A DNA stretch of 64,000 nucleotides from Cytophagales bacterium. Lineage in GTDB: Bacteria > Bacteroidota > Bacteroidia > Cytophagales > UBA9547. Positions 27,401 through 36,514 of this stretch are shown here, one piece after another (the stretch's first letter is position 1; the number at the start of each line of letters is the position of its first letter). The stretch covers positions 281-64,280 of the forward strand of contig JAAFIH010000026.1 in assembly GCA_013297755.1 (NCBI GenBank), in the 5' to 3' direction. A program made the translations under genes and the position numbers. The notes under the pieces were generated by a model. The model saw only the letters and a list, made by a program, of their open reading frames with translations, ran no database searches and was not told the DNA's origin.

Positions 27401-30400
27401 ACAGAGGTGGAGGCAATGTGCCAGATAATATTACATCAGAAGACAAAAAAAATCATTATATACGTGCAGTTTCGCCACAGGCTCTGTACCCTGGAAGACA
27501 AGCTACACAAATTCCTATCAACGAACAAACTTTTGATATGGCCTATTTCCCACACGAAAAAGGACAATACAATTATAATGCAGATGTAGATAACAATGGT
27601 TTATTGAAAAATCCTCGAAGAAGTTGGGGGGGAATTACGAGAGCTATCAATAATCAAGATACTGATTTTGATAACATAAATTACCAATACCTAGAATTTT
27701 GGATGATGGATCCGTTTGAAAAAGATGCCAATGGAAAGGTTTTGGATGGAAGATTTAATGCCAATAACAATACTGGAGGGCAATTGCAGTTTCATTTGGG
27801 TAGTGTGTCCGAGGATGTAATAAAAGATGGAAGACAAAATTTTGAGCAAGGTTTGCCAGTACCCAACGTGCCACTCAATACACCAACACCAGATGCTGAT
27901 GTTACTGATTTTGGCAGGGCTACAAATCAGCAATATCTTACTAATTCGTTTTCGACCCAACCAGGAGCTAGAGAAGCCCAAGATATAGGACTGGATGGGA
28001 TTGATAACAGCCAAGAAAGAGAGAAATTTCAAACTTATTTGAATCAACTGCCCCCAGAGGCCAGAAATCAAGCACAAAACGATCCTTCAAATGATGATTT
28101 TAAGCATTATCTAAACGAAACCTATAACGAGAAAAATGCAAAAATATTGGAGCGTTACAAGCTCTTCAATGGGATGGAAAACAACTCTCAAAACAACACA
28201 GGTGCTTCTTTTAATGCCTCAAACTATACCTCTGCCGACAACGAAGATTTGAACCTGAACCAAACATTGAACGAAACAGAAGAATATTTTAAATATACCA
28301 TCAATATAAAACCTGGCGAATTGAAAGTAGGAAGCAATTTTATAATCAATGAAGTAAACGAATTTTATGACGACAATGGCGATGGCGAAATAAGTGATGC
28401 AGATGGTGGTAAGGCGGTGAAATGGTATCAATTTAGGATTCCACTTAGAGAAGGATTTGAGCGAATAGGTAATATTAAGAATTTTAAATCAATGCGATTT
28501 ATGCGAACTATTCTTACTGATTGGCAGCAGCCAGTGGTACTTCGTATGTCGCAGTTGCAATTGGTAGCCAGTAGTTGGCGTCAATACACTGACGATTTAT
28601 CGACCAATGATTTGAAAGAAGTAATAGAACCCAATGATAAAGTTTTTACTATTTCTGAAGTAAATATAGAAGAAAATTTGATTGGTAGCGAAAAAAATAG
28701 CCCCTACACACTGCCACCTAATTTTCAGAGAGACAGAGATTTGAGCACAACCATTACCAGAGAATTAAACGAACATTCGCTAAGATTATGTGTGGATAAT
28801 TTGGCCGAAAACGATGCTAGAGGTGCTTTTAAAGTATATAGCACTGGCTCTACAGGGCTCAATTTGCTCAATTATGATAGAATAAAAATGTTTGTGCATG
28901 CCGAATCGCCCGATTATAGAACTATAAAACCTGGCGATGCTACTATTTTTATGCGACTGGGTACCGATTTGAACGAAAATTATTACGAGGTAGAAATCCC
29001 TTTAGATTTTACGGATAATTCAAAATTTGTAGGCCAAAATGGACAAACGCTTACTTTGGAACAAAAATTTGAAATTTGGAAAAAAGATAATTGGTTTGAT
29101 TTTAAGTTAGAAGAGTTGAGCGACAAAAAACTATTGAGAGATACCACCAAAAGTACAGACCGATTTCAACGATTTTTTGCAGGCACACTAAAAGACTCTA
29201 CAGGTCTTAATACTACAAATCAAAAACTATACATTAGAGGTAATCCCACATACTCCAATATACAAGCCATAATGATTGGGATTCGTAATCCCAAAGGTGG
29301 GTCTGATAAATTGCCCAAATCATTGTGCGTATGGGCCAATGAATTGAGATTGTCGGGTTTTCTGAATTCTGATGGGTGGGCTGCCACAGGGCGTGTCAAT
29401 ATCAAATTGGCCGATTTGGGCAATGTAAGTGCTACTACCAAATATGCCACAGCAGGTTTTGGTGGATTAGAGCAAAAAATATCACAACGCCTACAAGAAA
29501 CTACCCACGATTATGGTGCCACAGGTAATATTGCAGTAGATAAATTATTGCCCTTTAATGAAAAAGTTATTGGTTTAAAATTGCCTTTGTATGTAAGTAT
29601 TGATAAAAAAACTATTACACCAAAATATGATCCACTCAGGCCAGATGTGAAAACCGATAAATCACTCGATTACAGGCCAGATTCTGTAAGAAGTGAGTAT
29701 GCTAAATTGATAGAAGACCAAACATTGAGGCGAAGCATTAGTTTGACAAATATACAAAAAGTAAAAGTAAAACCAGGTGCCAAAAAACATATATATGATA
29801 TAGAGAATTTATCGGCCACGCTGGCTTACAACGATATAAATAGGTCTAATGTAAACATACAAGGGTATAATCAGAAAAATTATAAAGCAGGTATTGGTTA
29901 TAATTATGGACTTAAAAGTTCAAATATACAACCACTGAAGAATGTGAATGGACCCTTCAAATCCGATTATTTAAAACTAATCAAAGAGATTAATTTTTCG
30001 CTTTTGCCAAGCAATATTACTTTTCGTGGAGATTTGGATAGAACCATTACACGTACCCAAATGAGCAATGGCATAGAAACAGGCGAACACGATATTTTGG
30101 GGATTAGGCCCACATACGAAAAAAGGTTTTTGTTCAATAGAACTTATGCTTTGATGTGGAATTTTACCAAAAGTATTAGTTTTAACTATTCGGCCACCGC
30201 CAACGCCCTAGTAGACGAGCCACGTGGAGAAATTAATAATGATACCATCAGGGCTGGATTTACCAAACGAGATTCTGTGATGTATAACCTGACCAGAGGT
30301 GGGCGTACCAAAACATTTATCCAGAATGTAAGAATTAATTATAGATTGCCGTTGGATAAATTTCCATTGACCAGTTTTTTGTCGGCAGATGCTTCTTATA

Positions 30401-32055
30401 ATGCAGGTTATAATTGGAATGCTGGAGCAGTGGGCATATCAGATTCTTTGGGAAATACAGCCCAAAACAACCGAGATTTGACATTGAACGCACGTGCAGA
30501 TTTGCAAAAAATATACTCAAAAATACCTTTTTTGGCAAAAATGAATCAGGCATCGGCACCGCCACCTCCGCCACCATTGCCCACCGACACCTCTAAAAAG
30601 AAACTGCCACCGCCACCACCCCAACTCAAAGGTTTAAAATTTGTGATGCGATTGCTCATGATGGTAAAATCGGTCAATGCAACCTATCAACAAACAGAGG
30701 GAACTGTATTGCCTGGCTATAAAGGTCGCCCTAGAATTTTGGGTATGGATGATAAAAAAAATAATGGAAGCCTGTATACCGAATTTATACCATTTATTGT
30801 TGGCAGCCAAGACGATAATATATATAAAGAGGTAGATTTTGCTTCAAAATATATGTCAAGAGGCCAATTATTAAGTAATTTTGTAACACAAAACAAATCT
30901 ATAAACATCACTGGGCGAGCCACCATAGAGCCATTCAAAGAGTTTAGAATACAGCTAGATGCTAAAGTAACAAATGCTTTTTCTTACCAAGAATTGTATA
31001 AATACAATGCAGATCAATCATCAAGAGCCAGAAATGAAGGATTAAGAGATAGTGTTATTTTTGAGTCATTGGCACCCACACGTTCAGGTAGTTATAGTAT
31101 TTCTTACTTATCGATTGGAACATTTTTTGTAAGAGACAACCCTGATAATACCAATGAAACTTTTTCGGAATTTGAGCGAAACAGAGATATTTTTCGAGAA
31201 CGATTGTCAGAAGAGAATCCAATAAAATCTTACAGCTATACTATCAACAGCCAAGAAGTATTGATACCCTCTTTTTTGGCGGCTTATGCAGGCAAAGACC
31301 CCAAAAAAAGCTCAGTTTCAGCATTTCCTCGCATCCCACTGCCCAACTGGCGTTTGGATTATGCAGGGTTACCCACTTTATTTCCAGGGATTAAAAAAAT
31401 ATTTCCTACCATCAGTATCACACACGCCTACACATCTACATATAATGTGGCAAATTATGTGAGCAATGGCTTATACTATGGCCCCGAAACGATTAAAAAA
31501 TCTTCACCATTAGAATACCAATATGCCTCAGTTGCAGATTCAAATGGATTTTTTAGGCCCATCAATAATATATCATCAGTGTCGATTGTAGAACGATTTG
31601 CACCACTTTTGGGCGTAAATCTTAAAACAAAAAATAATATGAATTTTAGAGCCGAATACAAAACAGATCGAAATGTAATGTTGAGTATCAGCAACAATCA
31701 AATAACAGACAATAGAAACGAGGAATTTGTGTTTGGTTTTGGTTATACCAAAGGCAATATGAAACTACCATTTTTGTATCGTGGTCGAGAGATTGTAATC
31801 AAAAACGATGTACAATTTAGGGTAGATATATCGAGGCGAGAATCTGGCATAGTGCAAAGAAAAATAGATGGAAAACCCCTCTTAACCCAGGGTTTGATAA
31901 CTTATCAAGTAACCCCCAATATTGGTTATCAGCTAAATCAAAGGCTCAATATTCAAATTTATTGTGAATATAGACTAAATCAACCCAAGCAAACTAATCT
32001 TTTTAAATCTTCATCATTTCAGTTTGGCGTAAGATTTAGATTTAGCTTATCTTAG
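24496..32055 (+). CDS. sprA: T9SS translocon / gliding-motility outer-membrane protein SprA
   Basis: 2519-aa ORF with a TTG start and a signal-like FLRGFCLFLILTFSIKLSSQ. It has the size, ruvA adjacency and long beta-rich composition typical of SprA. All internal antisense ORFs are short shadows. Confidence 0.85.
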   Translation: MSTSKFYFSNWIFLRGFCLFLILTFSIKLSSQSLSDSTQNKKYVPSKRPTYKPKDRYGDAYMDKQGKSPFYDIKLKNSKTDVEIDESGKFYRVNEKMNGTDVRNPSEMTYEQYKAYQKKQTIKNFYSQKSKEKEEKGPETAKSRSLVPRIYMNPSLDRIFGGNYIDVKLNGSVLIDFGYRISSVDNPATPVNLRTIGQFIFDQNIAMNAQGKIGEKLKLTINQDTKSQFDFDNTIKIEYTSTETEIIQKIEAGNVSLPLNNSLITGAQNLFGLKATLKFGRLTAIAVAAQQRGRADEIKVDGGAQVRKFEIRASEYQDNQHYFLAHFFRDKYEEALATMPFVNSGVMITRVEVWVTNRDNTTQGLRNIAALMDLGENKFYNKADIFPAFDNLPVARNNANSLSRLINDNNILSRNADNLNNLLSGQGFENGNDFELVRNAKLLDPSRYRFHPQLGYISLNSPLSRDDVMAVAFEYSYRGVTYRVGEFSGDNGLQTNEQNSALYVKLLRPSTIRTDVPMWDLQMKNIYSIGSTQISKENFQFRITYRDDKTQLNNPVLKFGGTPEIENFKGINVGGIDGKPLIQVMKLDQLNMSNDPQPDGNFDFVESVANQTSLAPVPTPGTQPSLSNTGTPGTAGATTDPTNPNNAAQSNAINNQSTNKMTSVTIDPGFGRVIFPVLEPFGRTLRQGLGNDTLRQPELVGKYVYDEIYRKTKSDVLQIAGKNKYFLVGQLQSSSSDVIQFASFGGNIDPKFVNVFSGSNRLTENQDYILQADLGQVKIINPTYLMSGQQVRVTYDKSDLFQVRQRAFWGTRLDYKVSKDIAFGGTFLNLSERPMITRVSIGDEPVSNSIIGLDGTYKRESGFITKMLDKLPVYNTKEKSTIQAQGEFAKLFTGSPELVNKGGKPNYFIDDFEFSQQPTNLGASPQTNWRVSSAPKDLQGDNYNPLTNKLAVYDNRARLAWYTIDNSFYRGGGNVPDNITSEDKKNHYIRAVSPQALYPGRQATQIPINEQTFDMAYFPHEKGQYNYNADVDNNGLLKNPRRSWGGITRAINNQDTDFDNINYQYLEFWMMDPFEKDANGKVLDGRFNANNNTGGQLQFHLGSVSEDVIKDGRQNFEQGLPVPNVPLNTPTPDADVTDFGRATNQQYLTNSFSTQPGAREAQDIGLDGIDNSQEREKFQTYLNQLPPEARNQAQNDPSNDDFKHYLNETYNEKNAKILERYKLFNGMENNSQNNTGASFNASNYTSADNEDLNLNQTLNETEEYFKYTINIKPGELKVGSNFIINEVNEFYDDNGDGEISDADGGKAVKWYQFRIPLREGFERIGNIKNFKSMRFMRTILTDWQQPVVLRMSQLQLVASSWRQYTDDLSTNDLKEVIEPNDKVFTISEVNIEENLIGSEKNSPYTLPPNFQRDRDLSTTITRELNEHSLRLCVDNLAENDARGAFKVYSTGSTGLNLLNYDRIKMFVHAESPDYRTIKPGDATIFMRLGTDLNENYYEVEIPLDFTDNSKFVGQNGQTLTLEQKFEIWKKDNWFDFKLEELSDKKLLRDTTKSTDRFQRFFAGTLKDSTGLNTTNQKLYIRGNPTYSNIQAIMIGIRNPKGGSDKLPKSLCVWANELRLSGFLNSDGWAATGRVNIKLADLGNVSATTKYATAGFGGLEQKISQRLQETTHDYGATGNIAVDKLLPFNEKVIGLKLPLYVSIDKKTITPKYDPLRPDVKTDKSLDYRPDSVRSEYAKLIEDQTLRRSISLTNIQKVKVKPGAKKHIYDIENLSATLAYNDINRSNVNIQGYNQKNYKAGIGYNYGLKSSNIQPLKNVNGPFKSDYLKLIKEINFSLLPSNITFRGDLDRTITRTQMSNGIETGEHDILGIRPTYEKRFLFNRTYALMWNFTKSISFNYSATANALVDEPRGEINNDTIRAGFTKRDSVMYNLTRGGRTKTFIQNVRINYRLPLDKFPLTSFLSADASYNAGYNWNAGAVGISDSLGNTAQNNRDLTLNARADLQKIYSKIPFLAKMNQASAPPPPPPLPTDTSKKKLPPPPPQLKGLKFVMRLLMMVKSVNATYQQTEGTVLPGYKGRPRILGMDDKKNNGSLYTEFIPFIVGSQDDNIYKEVDFASKYMSRGQLLSNFVTQNKSINITGRATIEPFKEFRIQLDAKVTNAFSYQELYKYNADQSSRARNEGLRDSVIFESLAPTRSGSYSISYLSIGTFFVRDNPDNTNETFSEFERNRDIFRERLSEENPIKSYSYTINSQEVLIPSFLAAYAGKDPKKSSVSAFPRIPLPNWRLDYAGLPTLFPGIKKIFPTISITHAYTSTYNVANYVSNGLYYGPETIKKSSPLEYQYASVADSNGFFRPINNISSVSIVERFAPLLGVNLKTKNNMNFRAEYKTDRNVMLSISNNQITDNRNEEFVFGFGYTKGNMKLPFLYRGREIVIKNDVQFRVDISRRESGIVQRKIDGKPLLTQGLITYQVTPNIGYQLNQRLNIQIYCEYRLNQPKQTNLFKSSSFQFGVRFRFSLS

Positions 32056-32253
32056 TTTTTAGTAATATATTTTTTTTAAATACAATAATATCATGTTTTT
32101 TTTCTAAAATAATATTTACTATATTTTGTGTATAAAATATATTTTTATAAATTTGATTCCTACAATATTTATGAAGTAAATCCTTTTTATAGATTAGTTA
32201 TCTAGTTTTGGAAGTAACAAATAATAATATACCTTAATTTAAATACACTTAAC

Positions 32254-32592
32254 ATGAAAACACTCTCAAAAATCATATTTTTAGTATCATTTATGATGCT
32301 ATTTACTTTCTGTAACTCCAATGCACAAACCACAAAAGCAAAATTCAAAGTGTATGGCAACTGTGACATGTGTAAAAAAACCATAGAAACAGCTTTGGAT
32401 GTAAAAGGTGTGAAAGCCGCCAATTGGAGTACAGAAACCAAAATGATAGAAATTAGCTATCAATCAGATAAAATCTCAGAAGACAAATTGCACGAACTCA
32501 TAGCTGCTTCTGGCTACGACACCGAAAAGCAAAAAGGCGATGACAAAGCCTATAGCAATTTGCCTGGTTGCTGCCAATACTCACGAAAATAA
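32254..32592 (+). CDS. Secreted heavy-metal-associated (HMA) domain protein with C-terminal GCCQY motif, copy 1
   Basis: Signal peptide, FKVYGNCDMCKKTIETAL (CxxC in an HMA-like beta-alpha start), and C-terminal LPGCCQYSRK. It is a paralog of 36069-36413. Confidence 0.75.
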   Translation: MKTLSKIIFLVSFMMLFTFCNSNAQTTKAKFKVYGNCDMCKKTIETALDVKGVKAANWSTETKMIEISYQSDKISEDKLHELIAASGYDTEKQKGDDKAYSNLPGCCQYSRK

Positions 32593-32607
32593 CCATTTAT
32601 TTGTTTA

Positions 32608-32640
32608 AGATTTGACAAATTTCAAAAAGTTGTCAAATCT
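32608..32640 (+). terminator. 11-bp-stem hairpin after HMA copy 1
   Basis: agatttgacaa-(11 nt)-ttgtcaaatct; no clear U-tract. Confidence 0.5.
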
Positions 32641-32677
32641 AAGATTGGAATATTTATGTAGATATGAAATTTTCTTT

Positions 32678-32710
32678 AAAATATTTTGAAAATATTTTGA
32701 AAATATTTTG
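32678..32710 (+). repeat. Three perfect tandem 11-bp repeats (aaaatattttg) upstream of the Abi promoter
   Basis: Units at 32678-32688, 32689-32699 and 32700-32710. Confidence 0.9.
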
Positions 32711-32737
32711 TGGATTTGAAAATATATGTTACTTTTG
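32707..32737 (+). promoter_or_regulatory. Bacteroidota sigma-A type promoter (-33 TTTG, -7 TAnnTTTG)
   Basis: tacttttg at 32730-32737 is an exact TAnnTTTG match. A tttg at 32707-32710 lies 19 nt upstream. Confidence 0.55.
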
Positions 32738-32743
32738 TGGCAT

Positions 32744-32842
32744 GAATACGTATATAACTATGTAAGTATCCAAAAGATACTACATATCAACTTAATATAC
32801 CTTCCAGGCTTTAGCAATAAAGCACACTTGGGGGGTTTTTTC
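32744..32842 (+). ncRNA. Candidate structured leader/ncRNA ending in a terminator, directly upstream of the Abi_2 gene
   Basis: Bulged 10-bp hairpin at 32760-32785. A gcttta-GCAA-taaagc helix (32808-32823) is nested in ccttccag/cttgggggg (32800-32835) and followed by T6 (32836-32841). No ORF is present. The 5' end is inferred from the promoter only. Confidence 0.4.
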
Positions 32843-32871
32843 TTTTATAGCCCACCTTAATATGCTTTGGA

Positions 32872-33822
32872 ATGAAGCCTTATACCAAGAAACCACTTTT
32901 ATATTCAGAGCAAATACAACTACTTAAAAGTAGAGGATTAGTCATTTCTAATGAGCAAGAGGCTGTAAATTATTTGAGCCAAATAAGCTATTATCGCCTT
33001 AGTGCTTATTTTGTTCCATTTCAAAACACAAAAGATGTTTTCAATCCTAATACTTCGTTTGAGCAAGTTTTAGATTTGTATTTGTTTGATAGAGAATTGC
33101 GTCTTTTGGTCTTTGATGCTATCGAATGGATAGAAATTGCTATCAGGACACAATTAATTTATACACTTTCGACCCAATATGCAGATGGTCATTGGCAAGA
33201 TAATCCAGATCTTTTTAGACCATTATTTACAAATCCCAAAACGGGTCGTATTACAGATATTTATGCAGAAATGCAATCTACAATACTCAAAAGTATATCG
33301 GCAAAACATCCTGAAGTTTTTATAAAACACTATAAATCAACGTATTGTGAACCCAAAAATCCACCAAGTTGGATGTGTATAGAGTTGCTAACCCTGGGCG
33401 AACTTTCTAGGCTTTTTGCAGCTATCAAACATAATGCAGACAAACAAAATATTGCTGTATTTTTTGGATTGCATCACAGTATTTTTTCTTCTTGGTTGCA
33501 TACATTGGTTTATGTACGCAATATTTGTGCCCACCATAGTAGGCTTTGGAATAGAGAATTTGCTATAAAACCTGATGTATTGCAAAAACCCAAAAATGCT
33601 TGGTTACAAAAAGCATTTGATAGTAATAATCATCGAACTTTTTATTTTTTGAGTATTTTAAAATACTTACTTCATGCTGCAAATCCAACAAATCATTTTA
33701 AACAAAAATTAGAATCATTATTTTTAAAATATCCTAGTGTGCCTATTCAATTTATGGGAATACCAACAACAGATGGCAAAAAATCACTTATAAATTGGAA
33801 AAATGAGGATTTATGGATATAA
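32872..33822 (+). CDS. Abi_2 family (AbiD/AbiF-like) abortive-infection protein
   Basis: The N-terminus KPxxxYxEQIxLLKSRGLxI...AxxxLxxISYYRLSAYxxPF is the characteristic start of the Abi_2/AbiD-AbiF family. VRNICAHHSRLWNR matches its conserved RNxxAHxxR(L/V)WN (HEPN-like Rx4-6H) core. Confidence 0.85.
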   Translation: MKPYTKKPLLYSEQIQLLKSRGLVISNEQEAVNYLSQISYYRLSAYFVPFQNTKDVFNPNTSFEQVLDLYLFDRELRLLVFDAIEWIEIAIRTQLIYTLSTQYADGHWQDNPDLFRPLFTNPKTGRITDIYAEMQSTILKSISAKHPEVFIKHYKSTYCEPKNPPSWMCIELLTLGELSRLFAAIKHNADKQNIAVFFGLHHSIFSSWLHTLVYVRNICAHHSRLWNREFAIKPDVLQKPKNAWLQKAFDSNNHRTFYFLSILKYLLHAANPTNHFKQKLESLFLKYPSVPIQFMGIPTTDGKKSLINWKNEDLWI

Positions 33823-33847
33823 ATAAGGTTTTTATAAAACATCATAA

Positions 33848-34246
33848 AAGCATGGAAAAAATAGTAATACTATTATTTTTGATTATTTCAAACCACCATC
33901 TGGAAAATTATTATGTGATTTTAACTTAAAAAACGTAGACTCTGTATTGGTTAAACATTTTAAAAAAGTTTCTAAAGAAATTGGTTATGATTTTCTTCCA
34001 CCAGAGCAACTTTTAAACGAGTTAGGTTATGGATTTATGGGAATAAAATTATTAGATAAATCTTATCAATGCCTAAAATTAAACATAGAGTTATATCCCC
34101 AAAGTTATAATGTATATGATACTATGGGAGAATACTATAAAACGATTGGAGAAAAAGAAAAAGCAATCGAAATGTTTGAAAAATCGCTAGCAATAAAAGA
34201 AAATGGGTATATAAGAGATAAAATAAAGGATTTGAAACAGAAATAA
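33848..34246 (+). pseudogene. 3' fragment of a larger gene (TPR-containing C-terminus); N-terminal part missing
   Basis: The frame is open from 33848 (…IIFDYFKPPSGKLLCDFNL…) with no plausible start or signal peptide. The C-terminus has TPR-like YNVYDTMGEYYKTIGEKEKAIEMFEKSLAI. It begins 25 nt after the Abi stop. Confidence 0.5.
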
Positions 34247-34489
34247 TATGTTTTATTAATGTAGATCAGCAAAAAATTAAAAATTTATTGCTCTATTGAT
34301 TTATATTCTTGCAGTTTTTAGTTGTTTTATTAATACCATATTTTAATAAAATATACGTATAGGAGCATTAAAGTGGCTTATACTTTAAGATGAAATTATT
34401 TACCCAAAAATTTTATAACTCTTTTATGAAATTTTATAAAATATGGTACGTTTTATATATGTATATTTGTAGAATAAAAATTTAGTGTT

Positions 34490-34879
34490 TTGAAAAAAAT
34501 AGTTTCCATATCGCTTTTACTTACATACCTTGCTTTTAGCATAGGTATAAACCTAAGTAAGCACTATTGTGGAGGCAAACTCATTTCAGTAAAGCTATCT
34601 AGTCAGCAAGAAAAATCTTGTAGCATGTGTGGAGGCAAACCTATGAAAGGTTGCTGCAAAGACATTAGCTCATGTTTCAAAATCGATAATGATCATCAGC
34701 ATTCTGCAAAAACAGCTATTGATCTTCCTGCTTTTTCAATTAATTTCAATCACATCTTTCCTGAATTTCAACTTTCGAGCCTTTGGAGTAATGTCGTAGT
34801 AATTTGCTATGATTTTAACCCTGATATTCCAAAGTGGAATAATGATAAAATTACTTTTTTCTGTACCTATCTTATTTGA
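34490..34879 (+). CDS. Small Cys-rich membrane-anchored protein (HYC...CC motifs; resembles the HYC_CC_PP family)
   Basis: N-terminal TM helix, KHYCGG, CSMCGG and KGCCKD. Family assignment is from memory of motif names, not from a search. Confidence 0.55.
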   Translation: MKKIVSISLLLTYLAFSIGINLSKHYCGGKLISVKLSSQQEKSCSMCGGKPMKGCCKDISSCFKIDNDHQHSAKTAIDLPAFSINFNHIFPEFQLSSLWSNVVVICYDFNPDIPKWNNDKITFFCTYLI

Positions 34880-34938
34880 GCCTACTGTATTCTTCGCACA
34901 GAATTTAATTCAATTTCTCAAATAAAATCCATTTAAAA

Positions 34939-36033
34939 ATGAAAACTATCAAAATTTCTGCAATAGCAGGGGTTTTGGCTATGGGCTTGATTTCATGTAA
35001 AAATCATAACATGAATAATCCTACACCAATCCCTGAACTCAATATCAATTATCCAGCTGCTTATGTTGTAAACGGACAAAGCAATGATGTATATGTGATT
35101 GATTTAGCAACCAATACAGTAAAAGAAGTAATCAAACTAGGTGAAATGGCAGATGCCTCTCACGATGGCATGAATATGAGTACTGGCATTTCTTGGCCAC
35201 ATCATATTTACTTAAATCCTTCTAAAACCATACTTTCAATTGGAGTTCCTGGCATGGATTTAAGTGCAGGACACAGTGGCGGAATGGCAGGGATGAAAGG
35301 AAATATTGCTTTAGTAGTTGCCACTAAAGGAAAGATTACCAAAATAATAGAACTGCCTGTAATGAACCACAATGCAGCTTTCTCAAAAGATGGAAGCGAA
35401 ATTTGGACAGCACAAATGGAAGAATCAGGTAAAGTGTTGGTATATGATGCCAATAATTATGCCTTGAAAAAAACTATTGCTGTTGGTGGACAACCTGCAG
35501 AGGTTACATTTTCTTATGATGGAAGTATGGCTTTTGCTGCCAATGGGCACGATAGCACTGTAACAATTATCAATGCTTCTACCAAACAAATTATGGCGAC
35601 TCTCAAAGTTGGTGCAGACCCTGTAGGGGCTTGGACGGGTTCTGATGGTAATATGTATGTAGATAATGAAGAAGGGAAATCTATTTCAATTATCAATGTA
35701 GCTACCATGTCAGTAACAGGTACAATAGATTTGGGATTTATGCCAGGTTTTGCAGCCTATAATAGTAAAATGAATGAGCTCTGGGTTACCGACCCCGACA
35801 ATAGCAAAGTGCATTATTGGATGTTTGACAACACTATGAAAATGTGGATGCATGGCTCAGCTTTTGAAACAGGAAAAGGAGCGCATGCCATAGCCTTTAC
35901 AAAAGATGAAATGACTGCTTATGTTACCAACCAAACAGCCAATACAGTGTCAGTTGTTGATGTGATGAGTCATAAAGAAACAAAAGAAATTCCAGTAGGT
36001 ACTAAGCCTAATGGAATTGTAATTAAAGAGTAA
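34939..36033 (+). CDS. YncE/YVTN-like beta-propeller lipoprotein with Met/His-rich loops
   Basis: Lipobox LISC. Repeated blades (NDVYVIDLATNTV, VLVYDANNYAL, VTIINASTKQI, ISIINVATMSV, VSVVDVMSHKE). Met/His clusters SHDGMNMS, GHSGGMAGMKG and MKMWMHG. Confidence 0.7.
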   Translation: MKTIKISAIAGVLAMGLISCKNHNMNNPTPIPELNINYPAAYVVNGQSNDVYVIDLATNTVKEVIKLGEMADASHDGMNMSTGISWPHHIYLNPSKTILSIGVPGMDLSAGHSGGMAGMKGNIALVVATKGKITKIIELPVMNHNAAFSKDGSEIWTAQMEESGKVLVYDANNYALKKTIAVGGQPAEVTFSYDGSMAFAANGHDSTVTIINASTKQIMATLKVGADPVGAWTGSDGNMYVDNEEGKSISIINVATMSVTGTIDLGFMPGFAAYNSKMNELWVTDPDNSKVHYWMFDNTMKMWMHGSAFETGKGAHAIAFTKDEMTAYVTNQTANTVSVVDVMSHKETKEIPVGTKPNGIVIKE

Positions 36034-36068
36034 ACTATTTTATCCATTTATTTAAAATTCAATAATTT

Positions 36069-36413
36069 ATGAAAACTGTAAAAACAATCGCCTTGATGTT
36101 ATTGACATCAATAATTATGTGGGCAAACGCTCCACAGCATGTAGAAACCATCACATTTAAAGTATGGGGAAATTGTGAAATGTGTAAAGCTCGAATTGAA
36201 AATGCACTTAAAATAAAGGGTGTAAAAAAGGGAGAATGGAACGTAGATACCAAAATAGCTTCAGTTACATTTGATATCCACACCATTAAATCAGATGCTA
36301 TTCACAAAGCAATTGCAGCTGTAGGTTACGATACAGAACAGGTAAGAGCCCAAGACAAAATGTATAAAAAACTACCTGGTTGTTGCCAATACGATAGAGC
36401 TCTTAAAAAATAA
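36069..36413 (+). CDS. Secreted HMA domain protein with C-terminal GCCQY motif, copy 2
   Basis: FKVWGNCEMCKARIENAL and LPGCCQYDRALKK; paralog of 32254-32592. Confidence 0.75.
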   Translation: MKTVKTIALMLLTSIIMWANAPQHVETITFKVWGNCEMCKARIENALKIKGVKKGEWNVDTKIASVTFDIHTIKSDAIHKAIAAVGYDTEQVRAQDKMYKKLPGCCQYDRALKK

Positions 36414-36514
36414 TCTTAAAAGGCTATACCCCACAGGGCAAACGCATTTAAAAATATTATAGTTTATAATAATAAAATATTACTTTAAAAATAATATTTT
36501 AAGAAATATTAGTA

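Noticed and set aside
24811-31697. Numerous 60-130 aa antisense or off-frame ORFs inside sprA, and similar ones inside the adhesin, the TonB-dependent receptors, the M16 gene, pdxA and the ribosomal genes
   Set aside because: These are shadow ORFs typical of long genes in AT-rich DNA. They lie entirely within well-supported CDSs and have low-complexity or hydrophobic nonsense translations.
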